DNA of 64,000 nucleotides. Origin: Pseudomonadota bacterium (lineage in GTDB: Bacteria; Pseudomonadota; Alphaproteobacteria; Sphingomonadales; Sphingomonadaceae). A program made the translations under genes and the position numbers. The notes under the pieces are model-generated. The model worked only from the letters and a program-made list of their open reading frames with translations. It ran no database searches and was not told the DNA's origin. Of this stretch, positions 28,295 through 40,387 are shown one piece after another. The DNA is taken from NCBI GenBank assembly GCA_018240895.1, contig JAFEEX010000029.1, positions 851 to 64,850 of the forward strand. Reading direction: 5' to 3'. The first letter of the stretch is position 1, and each line of letters opens with the position of its first letter.

Positions 28295-29517
28295 GCCGGT
28301 TCCCGCGTCAGCATTCTGACCGGCGCGACCAGCGCCACCGCGGCAGCGCCCAGGCACAGCCAGCCAAGCACCCCGAAGGTCGGCAGGATCGCCCCGGTGA
28401 AGCCCATGATGAAAGGGATCGCCAGATTGTTGCAGGCGAATTGCGAAAGCGCGAAAGTGCCGTTCCAGATGCCGGTGCCGCGCCCGCGCACTGCAAACGG
28501 CAGCCTGGCGACGGCCCAGGTCAGCAGAGTGGGCAGCAGCATCCCGGCGCCGATCTGGTCAAGCCCCGCCGCAAAAGTGAACTGCCACGGATCCATGAGG
28601 CTGGACATCAGCAGGAACCCGGCGGCAAGCAAGCCGAATTCAAGCACGAACATTGCCTTCAGGCTGAGCCGCGGATTGAGGAACCAGAAGCAGACCGTCC
28701 CGACCGGCACGAAAATGCTCGCCACCGAAGTCATCAGCCCGCCCCGCGCCGAATCGTAGCCGCCACCGGGCAGGGTAACGCCAAGATCGTTCAAGGCGGC
28801 GGGCAGTTTCATCTGCACGGTGTAGAACATCACGCCGCCGAACAGGGTGATCGCGCAGATCAGCGCCATTTGCCCCCAGGGAATGTCGCTCCATTTGCCC
28901 TGGCGTCCGGCCTGGGCAAGATGCTCAGATTCCTCAGGCTCCCACGTGAAAGCCAGCACCAGCGCCAGAAAGACCAGCGGGATCAGGTAAAGCAGGAAGA
29001 CATTGTGCCAGTCCCGCGCCCCGACATTGCCGGCAATAAAAATCGCCAGGATCGCGAAGGTAGAGGCTGTGCCGGTCTGCGCCGCGAGCCAGCGATTGCG
29101 GCTTTCGCCCTTGAAGAAATCGCCGATCAGCGTGGTCGACAGCGTCATCAACGCCGCTTCGACGATCCCCACCGCGATCCGGCTGATCAAGATCAGCCGC
29201 AGGTCGTTGAGGAAATAGGGCATGATGCCGACCACGACATAGACCGCCATGGCCCAGACCAGCAGACGGCGCCGGCCGACCCGGTCACCCAGCGCCCCGG
29301 CGGGGATGGAGAACAGCGCGACGCAGAGCGAGGGGATCGAGATGATCGCCTCGATATAGCGGCCCAGCGCGGCGGGAGTGTAAAGCCCGGTCGGGCCGAA
29401 CTGTTCCGCAATCTTCGGCGCGATCGGTGCAACGAACAACGCCGCCATTACCGACAGGGTGATCGGAAACAGCAATGACAGCCCGGTCATGAAGGTTGGC
29501 TTGCGCGGCTCGGTCAT
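28291..29517 (-). CDS. MFS transporter
   Basis: ~12 hydrophobic segments; GALGDRVGRRR motif A. Confidence 0.9.
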   Translation of the reverse strand: MTEPRKPTFMTGLSLLFPITLSVMAALFVAPIAPKIAEQFGPTGLYTPAALGRYIEAIISIPSLCVALFSIPAGALGDRVGRRRLLVWAMAVYVVVGIMPYFLNDLRLILISRIAVGIVEAALMTLSTTLIGDFFKGESRNRWLAAQTGTASTFAILAIFIAGNVGARDWHNVFLLYLIPLVFLALVLAFTWEPEESEHLAQAGRQGKWSDIPWGQMALICAITLFGGVMFYTVQMKLPAALNDLGVTLPGGGYDSARGGLMTSVASIFVPVGTVCFWFLNPRLSLKAMFVLEFGLLAAGFLLMSSLMDPWQFTFAAGLDQIGAGMLLPTLLTWAVARLPFAVRGRGTGIWNGTFALSQFACNNLAIPFIMGFTGAILPTFGVLGWLCLGAAAVALVAPVRMLTREPA

Positions 29518-29602
29518 CAATCTCCCCTCCAGCCGTCTTGATGCGGCGATCCCGTCCTAGCAACCGCTCCCAATTCGATCAAAACGATGCGATGACGCAC
29601 CG

Positions 29603-29623
29603 CCTATTGACGGAACGAATAGG
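29603..29623. promoter_or_regulatory. Possible LysR-type (T-N11-A) site upstream of the MFS gene
   Basis: CCTATT-N9-AATAGG dyad. Confidence 0.4.
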
Positions 29624-29645
29624 TGCAATTGGCCGCGCACCCGCG

Positions 29646-30610
<965 letters not shown>

Positions 30611-30623
30611 GCCGCGCGCAAGA

Positions 30624-31679
30624 TCATCCAAACACCACCCCGTCCATCAGCTTGCGCGCAGTGCGCAGCAGTGCGGCGCTGACCACCTCGCCCGCGTCGT
30701 TCACTTCCAGCACGCAGCTCATTTCGCCGGTGGGGTGCTCAACCGACAGGGTCTTGCGATTGCCCTGCGGAACCACGGCCACTTCCGCCGCCGGGGTGCC
30801 GGGGATCAGGCAGGCGGTGGCGACGCTGACCGCGCCAAGCACGCCAATCGCGGCATGGGCGCGGTGGGGGATGAAGCTGCGCACCGTCACCGCACCGCCA
30901 TTTCGCGGCGGCGCGACCAGCATCATCTTGGGCACGCTCTTTTCCCGCACGTCGCCAAGGCTCATCCGCTGTCCCACGGCCAGCCGGATCGCTTCGATCC
31001 GGGCCTTGAGATCGCTGTTGGCATCCAGCCAGTCGCGGTCCTCATAGCCGGTAATCCCCACATCCGCCGCCTTGATCACCACGCAGGGCATGCCGTTGTC
31101 GATCAGGGTAACCGGCACGCCGTCCACCACGTCAACCGCATTGCCGCTGGGCAGCAGCGCGCCGCATGACGAACCGGCAGTGTCGCGAAATTCGGTGGGG
31201 ATCGGGGCATGAGTGCCGGGAACGCCATCGATCGCCGCATCGCCCGCGTAAGTGACCGCGCCGCCCGGCGTCTGCACCGTGGCCACGGCGACTTGCCCGG
31301 TATTTTCCATAAAGATCGCAACAGCGGTTTCATCACCCCTTGCCGCCACCAGCCCGCGTTCGATCGCGAAGGGGCCGACTCCCGCCAGGATATTGCCGCA
31401 GTTCTGCGCATCGGAAACAATCGCCTGATCGACGAAAACCTGCAGGAACAGGTAATCGACATCAATCCCGTCGCGCGCCGATTTGCTGACCACCGCAACC
31501 TTGCTGGTCAGCGGATCGGCCCCGCCCATCCCGTCAATCTGGCGCGGATCGGGGCTGCCCATCACCGCCAGCAGGAAGGCGTCGCGCTCGGCGGTGTCGG
31601 CGGGCAGATCGGCCTTCAGGAAATAGCCGCCCTTGGACGTACCGCCGCGCATCCACATGCAAGGGGCGGACTTCACCAA
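30624..31679 (-). CDS. ligU: 4-oxalomesaconate tautomerase (PrpF family)
   Basis: MRGGTSKG, QIDGMGGADPLTSK, NCGN, RTARKLMDG. Confidence 0.92.
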   Translation of the reverse strand: MVKSAPCMWMRGGTSKGGYFLKADLPADTAERDAFLLAVMGSPDPRQIDGMGGADPLTSKVAVVSKSARDGIDVDYLFLQVFVDQAIVSDAQNCGNILAGVGPFAIERGLVAARGDETAVAIFMENTGQVAVATVQTPGGAVTYAGDAAIDGVPGTHAPIPTEFRDTAGSSCGALLPSGNAVDVVDGVPVTLIDNGMPCVVIKAADVGITGYEDRDWLDANSDLKARIEAIRLAVGQRMSLGDVREKSVPKMMLVAPPRNGGAVTVRSFIPHRAHAAIGVLGAVSVATACLIPGTPAAEVAVVPQGNRKTLSVEHPTGEMSCVLEVNDAGEVVSAALLRTARKLMDGVVFG

Positions 31680-31703
31680 TGCCTCCCCAGCAGGGGCAGG
31701 GCG

Positions 31704-32378
31704 CTACACATAACGCAGCCCTTCCTTCTCCAGTCGCTCACGCATCTTGTACATATCAAGGCCAAGCACCCCGTCCGCCAGCTTGGCGCGCTTTTCGCCC
31801 TCGTTGGCTTCGCGCGCCTGCGCGGCGGCAAGCACGGCTGCGGCCCTTTCACGCGGGACCACGCAGACCCCGTCATCATCAGCCACGATCACATCGCCGG
31901 GGTTAACCAATGCCCCGGCGCAGACCACCGGCACATTGACGCTGCCCAGCGTGTTCTTGACCGTCCCTTGCGCATAGATCGCCTTGGACCAGACCGGGAA
32001 CTGCATTTCGGTAAGGTCACGCACGTCGCGCACTCCGGCGTCGATAATCAGCCCCCGGCAGCCGCGCGCCTGAGCGCTGGTGGCCAGCAGATCGCCAAAA
32101 TAGCCATCCTCGCACGGGCTGGTCGGGGCCAGCAGCAGGACATCGCCCGCCCGCAGCTGCTCGATCGCGACATGGACCATCCAGTTGTCGCCCGGCGGCG
32201 CGCTGATCGTCACCGCTGATCCCGCGATCCGCGCTCCGGGATAGATCGGCCGCATGTGGCTGGCGAGCAGGCCGGTACGGCCCTGAGCCTCGTGCACGGT
32301 GGCGACGCCGCAATGGGCCAGGCCATCAACCACTTCTGGCGCGGCGCGTTCGATATGCTGCACGACAATTCCGCCCAT
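31704..32378 (-). CDS. ligK: 4-carboxy-4-hydroxy-2-oxoadipate aldolase
   Basis: [29 protein letters not shown]. Confidence 0.93.
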   Translation of the reverse strand: MGGIVVQHIERAAPEVVDGLAHCGVATVHEAQGRTGLLASHMRPIYPGARIAGSAVTISAPPGDNWMVHVAIEQLRAGDVLLLAPTSPCEDGYFGDLLATSAQARGCRGLIIDAGVRDVRDLTEMQFPVWSKAIYAQGTVKNTLGSVNVPVVCAGALVNPGDVIVADDDGVCVVPRERAAAVLAAAQAREANEGEKRAKLADGVLGLDMYKMRERLEKEGLRYV

Positions 32379-32483
32379 CGCCAAACCTTTCCACCAAGCG
32401 CGAGCGCCGGTGATGCCCCAGCCGCAGCGGCAAGGGAAAGAGAATGTCTGGCGGAGCAATTAGTTTTCGCTAAGGCAGGTTCC

Positions 32484-33647
32484 ATGACGATCTGGCATAT
32501 GAACCTTCGGCACCTGGCCGCTGCGGCGCAGATTGTGCGGCTGGGGACGATCAATGCCGCCGCCCAGGCGGTCAACCTTACCCAGCCAGCCATAACCCAG
32601 GCCTTAGCCCGCCTTGAAGGTCAGCTTGGCCTGCCGCTGTTTGAACGCAGGTTTGATGGCATGGCCCCGACCCCGGCGGCGGACATTCTGGTCCCCCGGA
32701 TCGATGCGGCGCTGGCGCTGATTGCCAGCCCCCACGTTACCATGGCGCGGCTGCGTGCGCTGCTGGCGCTGGCGGATGCGGGCAGCTATGCCGGGGCAAG
32801 CGTACAGACCGGGCTATCACTTCCCTCGCTCCACCGCGCGGTCAGCGACCTATCACTGTCAATGCGGCGCAATCTGGTGCAGCGGCGCGGCAAGGTTGTG
32901 GTGCTGACCGACACCGGTGATCAGCTTGCCCGCGCTTTTCGCCTGGCCCGGGTTGAGCTGGAAACCGGCCTTTCCGAAATTGCGGCCCTGCAAGGCCGCG
33001 AAACGCGCCAGATCGCGATCGGGGCCATGCCGCTGTCACGCGCCCGCATCCTGCCCGCGGCGGTCACGCGGTTCTTGCGGCGGCACCCCAGGGTGCGCAT
33101 TTCCATCGCCGAGGGATCGCGCGCCGAACTGGTTGAACCGCTGCGCAACGGCGCGCTGGACCTGATGGTGGGTGCCCTGCGCGATCCCCTGCTTGAAGCT
33201 GACCTGACGCAGCAACCGCTGTTTGCGGATTTGCCGGCAGTGATCGGACGGCGCGGTCATCCGCTGAGCAGCATTGCGCCCGGCACCGCGCCCGCTCCCG
33301 CTGATCTTGCCCGCTATCCATGGACCGTTCCGCCGCGCGGCGCGCCGCTGCGCGACAGTTTCGAACGGTACTTTGCCGCCGCCGGAATAGCCCCGCCGCC
33401 GGTGCCGATCGAATCCGGATCGGTAATGATGATCCGCCAGATCCTGATCGACAGCGATTTCCTGACCATGCTCTCGCCCGAACAGGTCGCCGTTGAACTG
33501 GAGGCCGGCTGGCTTGAACAGATCGCCCAGCTTCCCCGGGGCCTTGCCCGGACCATCGGCGTCACCACCCGCGCATCGTGGCGGTGGACGGTGGTGCAGC
33601 GCGAATTCATGGCTGATCTTGAGGCTGTCTCTGCCGAAATGGGGTGA
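32484..33647 (+). CDS. ligR: LysR regulator with two HTH domains (LigR/GalR type)
   Basis: NLRHL...TQPAITQAL, second HTH LSLPSLHRAV; located between ligK and ligJ. Confidence 0.85.
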   Translation: MTIWHMNLRHLAAAAQIVRLGTINAAAQAVNLTQPAITQALARLEGQLGLPLFERRFDGMAPTPAADILVPRIDAALALIASPHVTMARLRALLALADAGSYAGASVQTGLSLPSLHRAVSDLSLSMRRNLVQRRGKVVVLTDTGDQLARAFRLARVELETGLSEIAALQGRETRQIAIGAMPLSRARILPAAVTRFLRRHPRVRISIAEGSRAELVEPLRNGALDLMVGALRDPLLEADLTQQPLFADLPAVIGRRGHPLSSIAPGTAPAPADLARYPWTVPPRGAPLRDSFERYFAAAGIAPPPVPIESGSVMMIRQILIDSDFLTMLSPEQVAVELEAGWLEQIAQLPRGLARTIGVTTRASWRWTVVQREFMADLEAVSAEMG

Positions 33648-33732
33648 GGCCTGACACCGGGTTTAGCCCAAACTTATATCTTCCAGGCAGTTCCGATTTG
33701 TCGTTTCGCGGCGGTCCACGCAGGGTTGACCG

Positions 33733-34569
33733 ATGCAGATCGATGTTGCCCTGATCGGTTTTGGTGAAGCCGGATCAACCTTTGCCCGCGCGGGCGGGTG
33801 GGCCGGGCGCGCCCGCGCCTTTGACATTCTGCCGGCGCGATCGGAGGTGATGGCTGCATCGCGGATAGGCGTGGCCACGACCGCGGCGGAGGCGCTGGCT
33901 CAGGCACCACTCGCCCTGTCGCTGGTCACTGCTGATCAGGCGCTGGTGGCGGCCGAACGCGCGGCTCCGCTGCTTGCGCCCGGCGCGCTGTGGTGTGATC
34001 TGAATTCCGTGGCCCCGCAAACCAAGCGCGCGGCGGCGGCCGTGATCGAGGCCGGCGGCGGGCGCTATGTTGACGGTGCGGTGCTGGCCCCGGTCAACCC
34101 CGCGCGAATGACCGTGCCACTACTGCTGGCGGGCCGCCATGCCGAAGAAGCCAAGGCCAGGCTGGAAGCGCTGGGCTTCGCCAATGTCCGGGTGGTCGGG
34201 GCCGAGGTTGGCAAGGCCAGCGCTATCAAGATGATCCGTTCGGTGATGGTCAAGGGGATCGAGGCGCTGAGCGATGAAATGATGGCCGCCGCGCGCGCCG
34301 CCGGGGTTGAGGACGAGGTGCTGGCCTCGCTCGACGCCAGCGAGAAGGCGCAGCCCTGGGCACAGCGTGCGGCCTATAACCTTGAACGCATGACCACCCA
34401 CGGAGCGCGGCGCGCGGCGGAGATGGAAGAAAGCGCCAGAACGCTGCTGTCACTGGGCGTCGCCCCGGTGATGACGCGGGGCACGGTGCTTCGGCAGAGG
34501 CAAGCCGCCCAGGTTCCCCAGACTTCCCAAATTCCGTTCGGCACGAACGGGGCAGAGCAAGCAGGTTGA
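33733..34569 (+). CDS. NAD(P)-dependent oxidoreductase (6PGDH-like, DUF1932)
   Basis: IGFGEAG, DLNSVAP, ASAIKMIRSVMVKG, HGARRAAEM. Confidence 0.85.
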   Translation: MQIDVALIGFGEAGSTFARAGGWAGRARAFDILPARSEVMAASRIGVATTAAEALAQAPLALSLVTADQALVAAERAAPLLAPGALWCDLNSVAPQTKRAAAAVIEAGGGRYVDGAVLAPVNPARMTVPLLLAGRHAEEAKARLEALGFANVRVVGAEVGKASAIKMIRSVMVKGIEALSDEMMAAARAAGVEDEVLASLDASEKAQPWAQRAAYNLERMTTHGARRAAEMEESARTLLSLGVAPVMTRGTVLRQRQAAQVPQTSQIPFGTNGAEQAG

Positions 34570-34570
34570 C

Positions 34571-35587
34571 ATGATCATAGACTGCCACGGCCACTACACC
34601 GTCCTGCCCAAGGCTCACGACGAATGGCGCGAGGCGCAGAAGGCTGCGTTCAAGGCCGGGCAACCGGCCCCTCCCTATCCCGCGATTTCCGATGACGAAA
34701 TCCGCGAGACGATTGAGGCCAACCAGCTGCGCCTGATCAAGCAGCGCGGCGCGGACATGACGATTTTCTCGCCCCGCGCCAGCGCCATGGCCCCGCACGT
34801 CGGCGATCAATCGGTCGCGGTGGAATGGGCGCGGGTCTGCAACGATCTTATCGCCCGCGTGGTCGGCCTGTTCCCCGATACCTTCGCCGGCGTCTGCATG
34901 CTGCCCCAATCGCCAGAGGCGGACATGACCAGCTCGATCGCGGAGTTGCAACGCTGCGTGGCCATGGGCTTCATCGGCTGCAATCTCAATCCCGATCCGG
35001 GCGGCGGCCATTTCCGGCATCCGCCGCTGACCGATGAATTCTGGTTCCCGTTCTACGAAGCGATGTGCGAACTGGACGTGCCGGCGATGATCCACGTGTC
35101 CGGGTCGTGCAATCCGGCGATGCACGCCACGGGCGCCTATTACATCGCGGCGGATACCATTGCCTTCATGCAACTGCTGGAAGGTGATCTGTTCGCGCGG
35201 TTTCCCACCCTGCGTTTCATCATCCCGCATGGCGGCGGCGCGGTGCCCTATCACTGGGGGCGCTATCGCGGGTTGGCTGATATGCTCAAGAAGCCCGATC
35301 TCCAGACTCATCTGATGACCAACGTGTTCTTCGATACCTGCGTCTATCACCAACCGGGGATCGACCTGCTGGCCGACGTGATCGATAACAAGAACATCCT
35401 GTTTGGCAGCGAAATGGTTGGCGCGGTGCGCGGGATCGATCCGACCACCGGGTTCCATTTTGACGACACCAAACGCTATGTCGATGCGCTGCCCATCACC
35501 CCTGCCGAGCGCAGTGCCATCTTTGAAGGCAATGCCCGCCGGGTTTTCCCTCGCCTTGATGCCCAACTGAAGGAGCGCGGCCTGTGA
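34571..35587 (+). CDS. ligJ: 4-oxalomesaconate hydratase
   Basis: IIDCHGHY, FSPRASAMAPH, HGGGAVPYHWGR, FGSEMVGAV. Confidence 0.93.
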   Translation: MIIDCHGHYTVLPKAHDEWREAQKAAFKAGQPAPPYPAISDDEIRETIEANQLRLIKQRGADMTIFSPRASAMAPHVGDQSVAVEWARVCNDLIARVVGLFPDTFAGVCMLPQSPEADMTSSIAELQRCVAMGFIGCNLNPDPGGGHFRHPPLTDEFWFPFYEAMCELDVPAMIHVSGSCNPAMHATGAYYIAADTIAFMQLLEGDLFARFPTLRFIIPHGGGAVPYHWGRYRGLADMLKKPDLQTHLMTNVFFDTCVYHQPGIDLLADVIDNKNILFGSEMVGAVRGIDPTTGFHFDDTKRYVDALPITPAERSAIFEGNARRVFPRLDAQLKERGL

Positions 35588-35988
35588 CGCGGGACATCCA
35601 CGCCTACCTCGCCGAATTTGACGATATCCCCGGCACCCGGGTTTATACTGCGGCGCGGGCCAGGCGGGGCTATCACCTCAACCAGTTCGCGATGAGCCTG
35701 ATGAAGCCCGCCAACCGTGATCGCTGGAAAGCCGGTGAGCGCGCTTATCTGGATGAATGGCCAATCAGTGAGGAGCAGAAGCAGGCGGTGCTGGACCGGG
35801 ACTACAACCGGATGCTGGACCTGGGCGGCAATATCTATTTCCTGTCGAAAATATTCTCGACCGATGGAATCCCCTTTGCCGAGGCCTGCTCGACCATGAC
35901 CGACATGACCTTTCCCGAATACCGTCAGATGATGCTGGACGGGGGGCGCTCGCCCGAAGGCAACCGTAGCATCAAGGGGGGAAACTGA
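35584..35988 (+). CDS. ligA: Protocatechuate 4,5-dioxygenase alpha subunit
   Basis: DIPGTRVY, GYHLNQF, GGNIYFLSK, MLDGGRSP. Confidence 0.93.
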   Translation: MTRDIHAYLAEFDDIPGTRVYTAARARRGYHLNQFAMSLMKPANRDRWKAGERAYLDEWPISEEQKQAVLDRDYNRMLDLGGNIYFLSKIFSTDGIPFAEACSTMTDMTFPEYRQMMLDGGRSPEGNRSIKGGN

Positions 35989-36009
35989 TGCGTCCCAACC
36001 ATCGCCACG

Positions 36010-36075
36010 CCGTTCGTGTCGAGCGAAGTCGAGACACGGTGCGCGGGACGTCTCGACTTCGCTCGACGCGAACGG
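36010..36075. repeat. REP-like palindrome (GAGCGAAGTCGA family)
   Basis: ccgttcgtgtcgagcgaagtcgagac ... gtctcgacttcgctcgacgcgaacgg. Confidence 0.85.
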
Positions 36076-36084
36076 ATCTGGTGA

Positions 36085-36942
<858 letters not shown>

Positions 36943-36947
36943 CAAGA

Positions 36948-37063
36948 CCCCTTCCCCTTCAGGGGAAAGGGTGGGGAGAGGGGGACTTCCTGATTTCAAC
37001 GTGAAACATGGGCCGGATCGAGATTCCCCCTCTCCCCGGCCCTCCCCCTGAAGGGGAGCGGGA
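36948..37063. repeat. Intergenic CCCCTCTCCC-family palindromic repeat
   Basis: ccccttcagggg...gagagggg / cccctctcccc...ccctgaagggg. Confidence 0.7.
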
Positions 37064-37070
37064 GTAGGAA

Positions 37071-38018
37071 ATGCGCATTGCCCTTGCCGGAGCCGGAGCC
37101 TTTGGCGAAAAGCACCTTGACGGCTTGAAGAACATCGATGGCGTGGAGATTACCTCGATCATCAGCCGCACCGGGGAACAGGCCGCTGCCGTGGCCGCGA
37201 AGTATGGCGCGAAGCACAGCTCGACCGAACTGGCCGACGCCCTTGCCCGCGACGATGTCGATGCGGTGATCCTGTGTACCCCCACCCAGATGCACGCGGC
37301 CCAGGCGATTGCCTGCATGGACGCGGGAAAGCACGTTCAGGTGGAAATCCCGCTGGCCGATAGCTGGGCCGATGCCCAGGCGGTGCTGAACAAGAGCCGC
37401 GAAACCGGGCTGACCTGCATGGTCGGCCACACCCGCCGCTTCAATCCGTCGCACCAATACGTTCACAACCGCATCATTGCCGGCGAATTCGCCGTCCAGC
37501 AGATGGACGTCCAAACCTATTTCTTCCGCCGCAAGAACATGAATGCCAAGGGCGAGCCGCGGTCATGGACCGATCATCTGCTGTGGCACCACGCGGCGCA
37601 TACGGTGGACCTGTTCGCTTATCAGGCCGGGCGGATCGTTCAGGCCAACGCGATCGAGGGACCGCACCATCCCGAGCTTGGCATCGCCATGGATATGTCG
37701 ATCCAGCTCAAAAGCGAAAGCGGGGCGATCTGCACCCTGTCCTTGTCATTCAACAACGACGGGCCGCTTGGCACCTTCTTCCGCTATATCGGTGATACCG
37801 GCACCTATATCGCCCGCTATGACGATCTGGTGAACGGCAAGGAAGAACCGATCGACGTCAGCAAGGTTGATGTCAGCATGAACGGTATCGAGCTGCAGGA
37901 CCGCGAATTCATCTCTGCGATCCGCGAAGGGCGTGAACCGAATTCCTCGGTGGCGCAGGTACTCGACTGCTACCGGGTGCTGGGCGATCTTGAATTGCAG
38001 CTGGGAGGCACGCGGTAA
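37071..38018 (+). CDS. ligC: 4-carboxy-2-hydroxymuconate-6-semialdehyde dehydrogenase
   Basis: GAGAFG, VEIP, GHTRRFNP, WTDHLLWHH. Confidence 0.93.
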   Translation: MRIALAGAGAFGEKHLDGLKNIDGVEITSIISRTGEQAAAVAAKYGAKHSSTELADALARDDVDAVILCTPTQMHAAQAIACMDAGKHVQVEIPLADSWADAQAVLNKSRETGLTCMVGHTRRFNPSHQYVHNRIIAGEFAVQQMDVQTYFFRRKNMNAKGEPRSWTDHLLWHHAAHTVDLFAYQAGRIVQANAIEGPHHPELGIAMDMSIQLKSESGAICTLSLSFNNDGPLGTFFRYIGDTGTYIARYDDLVNGKEEPIDVSKVDVSMNGIELQDREFISAIREGREPNSSVAQVLDCYRVLGDLELQLGGTR

Positions 38019-38083
38019 TCCTTCGGACATCTCGGGCGCGCCTGTCCTTGTTTTGACCGGCATGGCTGGGCTATTGCCGGGCG

Positions 38084-39574
38084 ATGACCAGCACTTATGA
38101 CATGACCGTGGGCGATCTGATGGCTGAAAGCGGGGTCGCATTCGGCACCAGCGGCGCGCGCGGCACCGTGGCGGCGATGACAGACCGGGTTTGCCACGGT
38201 TACACGGTCGGGTTCCTGCGCCATCTGGAAACGCTTGGCGAATTCGCGGGCGAGCGGCGGGTTGCCCTGGCGGGAGACCTGCGCCCCAGTACCCCGCGAA
38301 TTCTGGCCGCCTGCGCCGCGGCGATCCGCGATCTTGGCGGCAAGCCGGTGTTTTGCGGGCTGGTGCCTACCCCCGCCCTGGCCCACTTCGCCTTCGCGCA
38401 GCAGATCCCCTCACTGATGGTAACGGGCAGCCACATTCCGGCGGACCGCAACGGCATCAAGTTCTATCGCCCCGATGGCGAGGTGCTGAAGGAAGACGAG
38501 GCCGGGATGATGGCCCAGCCTGTTACGGTCCAGGGCCGGATTTTCAGCACGGCGGGTGCGCTGGAAACCGCCGAGGCGCTGCCACCGACAACCGGAATCG
38601 TTACAAACTATGTCGAGCGTTATCGCCGGGCATTCGGACCCACGGCGCTTTCCGGAAAGCGGATCGGGATCTATCAACATTCCGCCGTGGGCCGTGATGT
38701 GGTGATGCAAATTCTTGAGGCTCTGGGCGCAGAGGTTACCCCGCTGGGCCGGTCAGCCGATTTCATCCCGGTCGATACAGAAGCAGTCCGGCCCGAGGAT
38801 GTCGATCTGGCGCGCGGCTGGGCGCGCGAATTCGGCTTTGACGCGATCGCCTCCACCGATGGCGATTCGGATCGTCCGCTGCTTGCGGACGAGACCGGCG
38901 AATGGCTGCGCGGCGATGTGCTGGGCGTGCTTTGCGCGCGGCAGCTGGGCGCGGACCGGGTGGTGACCCCGGTTTCCAGCAACACGGTGCTGGAGGAAAC
39001 CGGGGCCTTCCCGGTCACCGCACGGACCCGGATCGGATCACCCTATGTGATTGCCGAAATGAACAGCCAGATCGCGGCAGGGGGCCAGCGTGTCTGCGGG
39101 TATGAGGCGAACGGCGGATTTCTGCTGGGCAGCGATGTTGAGGGGTTGAGCGCACTGCCCACGCGCGATGCGGTGCTGCCGATTATCGCCGCGCTGATCG
39201 CAGCGGGCCAGGGCAGTGTTTCTGCACTGGTCAAGGGCCTGCCGCCACGCGTCACTTACAGCAACCGGATCGCCGATTTCCCGACCGCGACCAGCAAGGC
39301 GATCCTGGCGGCGCTGGAAGCCGGTGACACCGCCGCCCAACTGGCGCGGATCGAAGCCGCGTTTGGCGCGGTGGCCGGAAAACCGACCAGGCTTGATCGC
39401 ACTGATGGTCTGCGCATCACGTTCGAATCAGGTGATGTCATTCACCTGCGCCCGTCCGGCAATGCGCCGGAACTGCGCTGTTATACCGAAGCGGTAACCG
39501 CTGCGCGCGCGCAGGAACTCAACGATGCGGCGCTGCGGATCGTGAAGCAGGATCTGGCTGCCAGCCCGGCCTGA
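38084..39574 (+). CDS. manB: Phosphomannomutase
   Basis: FGTSGARG, TGSHIP, DGDSDR, YEANGG, RPSGNAPE. Confidence 0.9.
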   Translation: MTSTYDMTVGDLMAESGVAFGTSGARGTVAAMTDRVCHGYTVGFLRHLETLGEFAGERRVALAGDLRPSTPRILAACAAAIRDLGGKPVFCGLVPTPALAHFAFAQQIPSLMVTGSHIPADRNGIKFYRPDGEVLKEDEAGMMAQPVTVQGRIFSTAGALETAEALPPTTGIVTNYVERYRRAFGPTALSGKRIGIYQHSAVGRDVVMQILEALGAEVTPLGRSADFIPVDTEAVRPEDVDLARGWAREFGFDAIASTDGDSDRPLLADETGEWLRGDVLGVLCARQLGADRVVTPVSSNTVLEETGAFPVTARTRIGSPYVIAEMNSQIAAGGQRVCGYEANGGFLLGSDVEGLSALPTRDAVLPIIAALIAAGQGSVSALVKGLPPRVTYSNRIADFPTATSKAILAALEAGDTAAQLARIEAAFGAVAGKPTRLDRTDGLRITFESGDVIHLRPSGNAPELRCYTEAVTAARAQELNDAALRIVKQDLAASPA

Positions 39575-40387
39575 TCACGCCAGCGATTGAGCCAGAATGC
39601 CGCGCGCGCCGCCATCAAGGCGCAGGTCGGCCACGCTCATCGCCAGGGCGCAATCGCCCGGCCTTGCCGGCTGGCTATGGACAATTGCATCGCCGGCCAG
39701 CGGGATCACCAGCAAGGGACCGCCGGCGAACAGATCATGCATCCGGTCCGACAGTGCGCCGTCATAGCGGAGCAGACGGAACAGCGGCCCGTCGGTCAGC
39801 AGTTCCTCCCCCCGCTCCGGAATTCTGCGCTGGCGCGGATCGTCATAGGGTTCGCCCCGCGCCACACCAATCGCCTCTTCCAGATGCAGCGGGCGCGGGC
39901 GACCATAATCGTACATCCGATAGGTCGTGTCGGTATTCTGCTGAATCTCGATCAGGCTGATTCCCGCGCCAATCGCGTGAACAGTGCCGGGCGTAATGTA
40001 AAAGAAATCACCCGGCTGGACCTGGTGCCAGGTCAGCATTGCCTCAATCGATCCATCCAGCGCGGCGGCGCGGATTTCCTGCGCGGACACTCGCCGGTCA
40101 AACCCGACACCCAGAACGGCACCCGGCGCGGCGCTGACAACGTACCAGCACTCTTCCTTGCCAAGGCGGCCCTGTCCGGCGGCAAGGGTTTGCGCGTCAG
40201 AGGGATGAACCTGAACCGACAGCTTCTCGCTGGTGAACAGGTACTTGATCAGCAGTTGCGGCAAGGCCGCAGGGGTTTCAAACCAGACCTCGCCAATCCG
40301 CTTGCCCGGTGGGGCCGCGAATGGCGGCGGCAGCACGTCCTGCCCCCAGGGCTTCTCCAGCATCCGGAACGGCAGTGCGGCGGTCAC
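39575..40387 (-). CDS. manA: Mannose-6-phosphate isomerase, class I
   Basis: LSVQVHP, GKEECW, GTVHAIG, EIQQ, YRMYDYGR. Confidence 0.9.
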   Translation of the reverse strand: MTAALPFRMLEKPWGQDVLPPPFAAPPGKRIGEVWFETPAALPQLLIKYLFTSEKLSVQVHPSDAQTLAAGQGRLGKEECWYVVSAAPGAVLGVGFDRRVSAQEIRAAALDGSIEAMLTWHQVQPGDFFYITPGTVHAIGAGISLIEIQQNTDTTYRMYDYGRPRPLHLEEAIGVARGEPYDDPRQRRIPERGEELLTDGPLFRLLRYDGALSDRMHDLFAGGPLLVIPLAGDAIVHSQPARPGDCALAMSVADLRLDGGARGILAQSLA

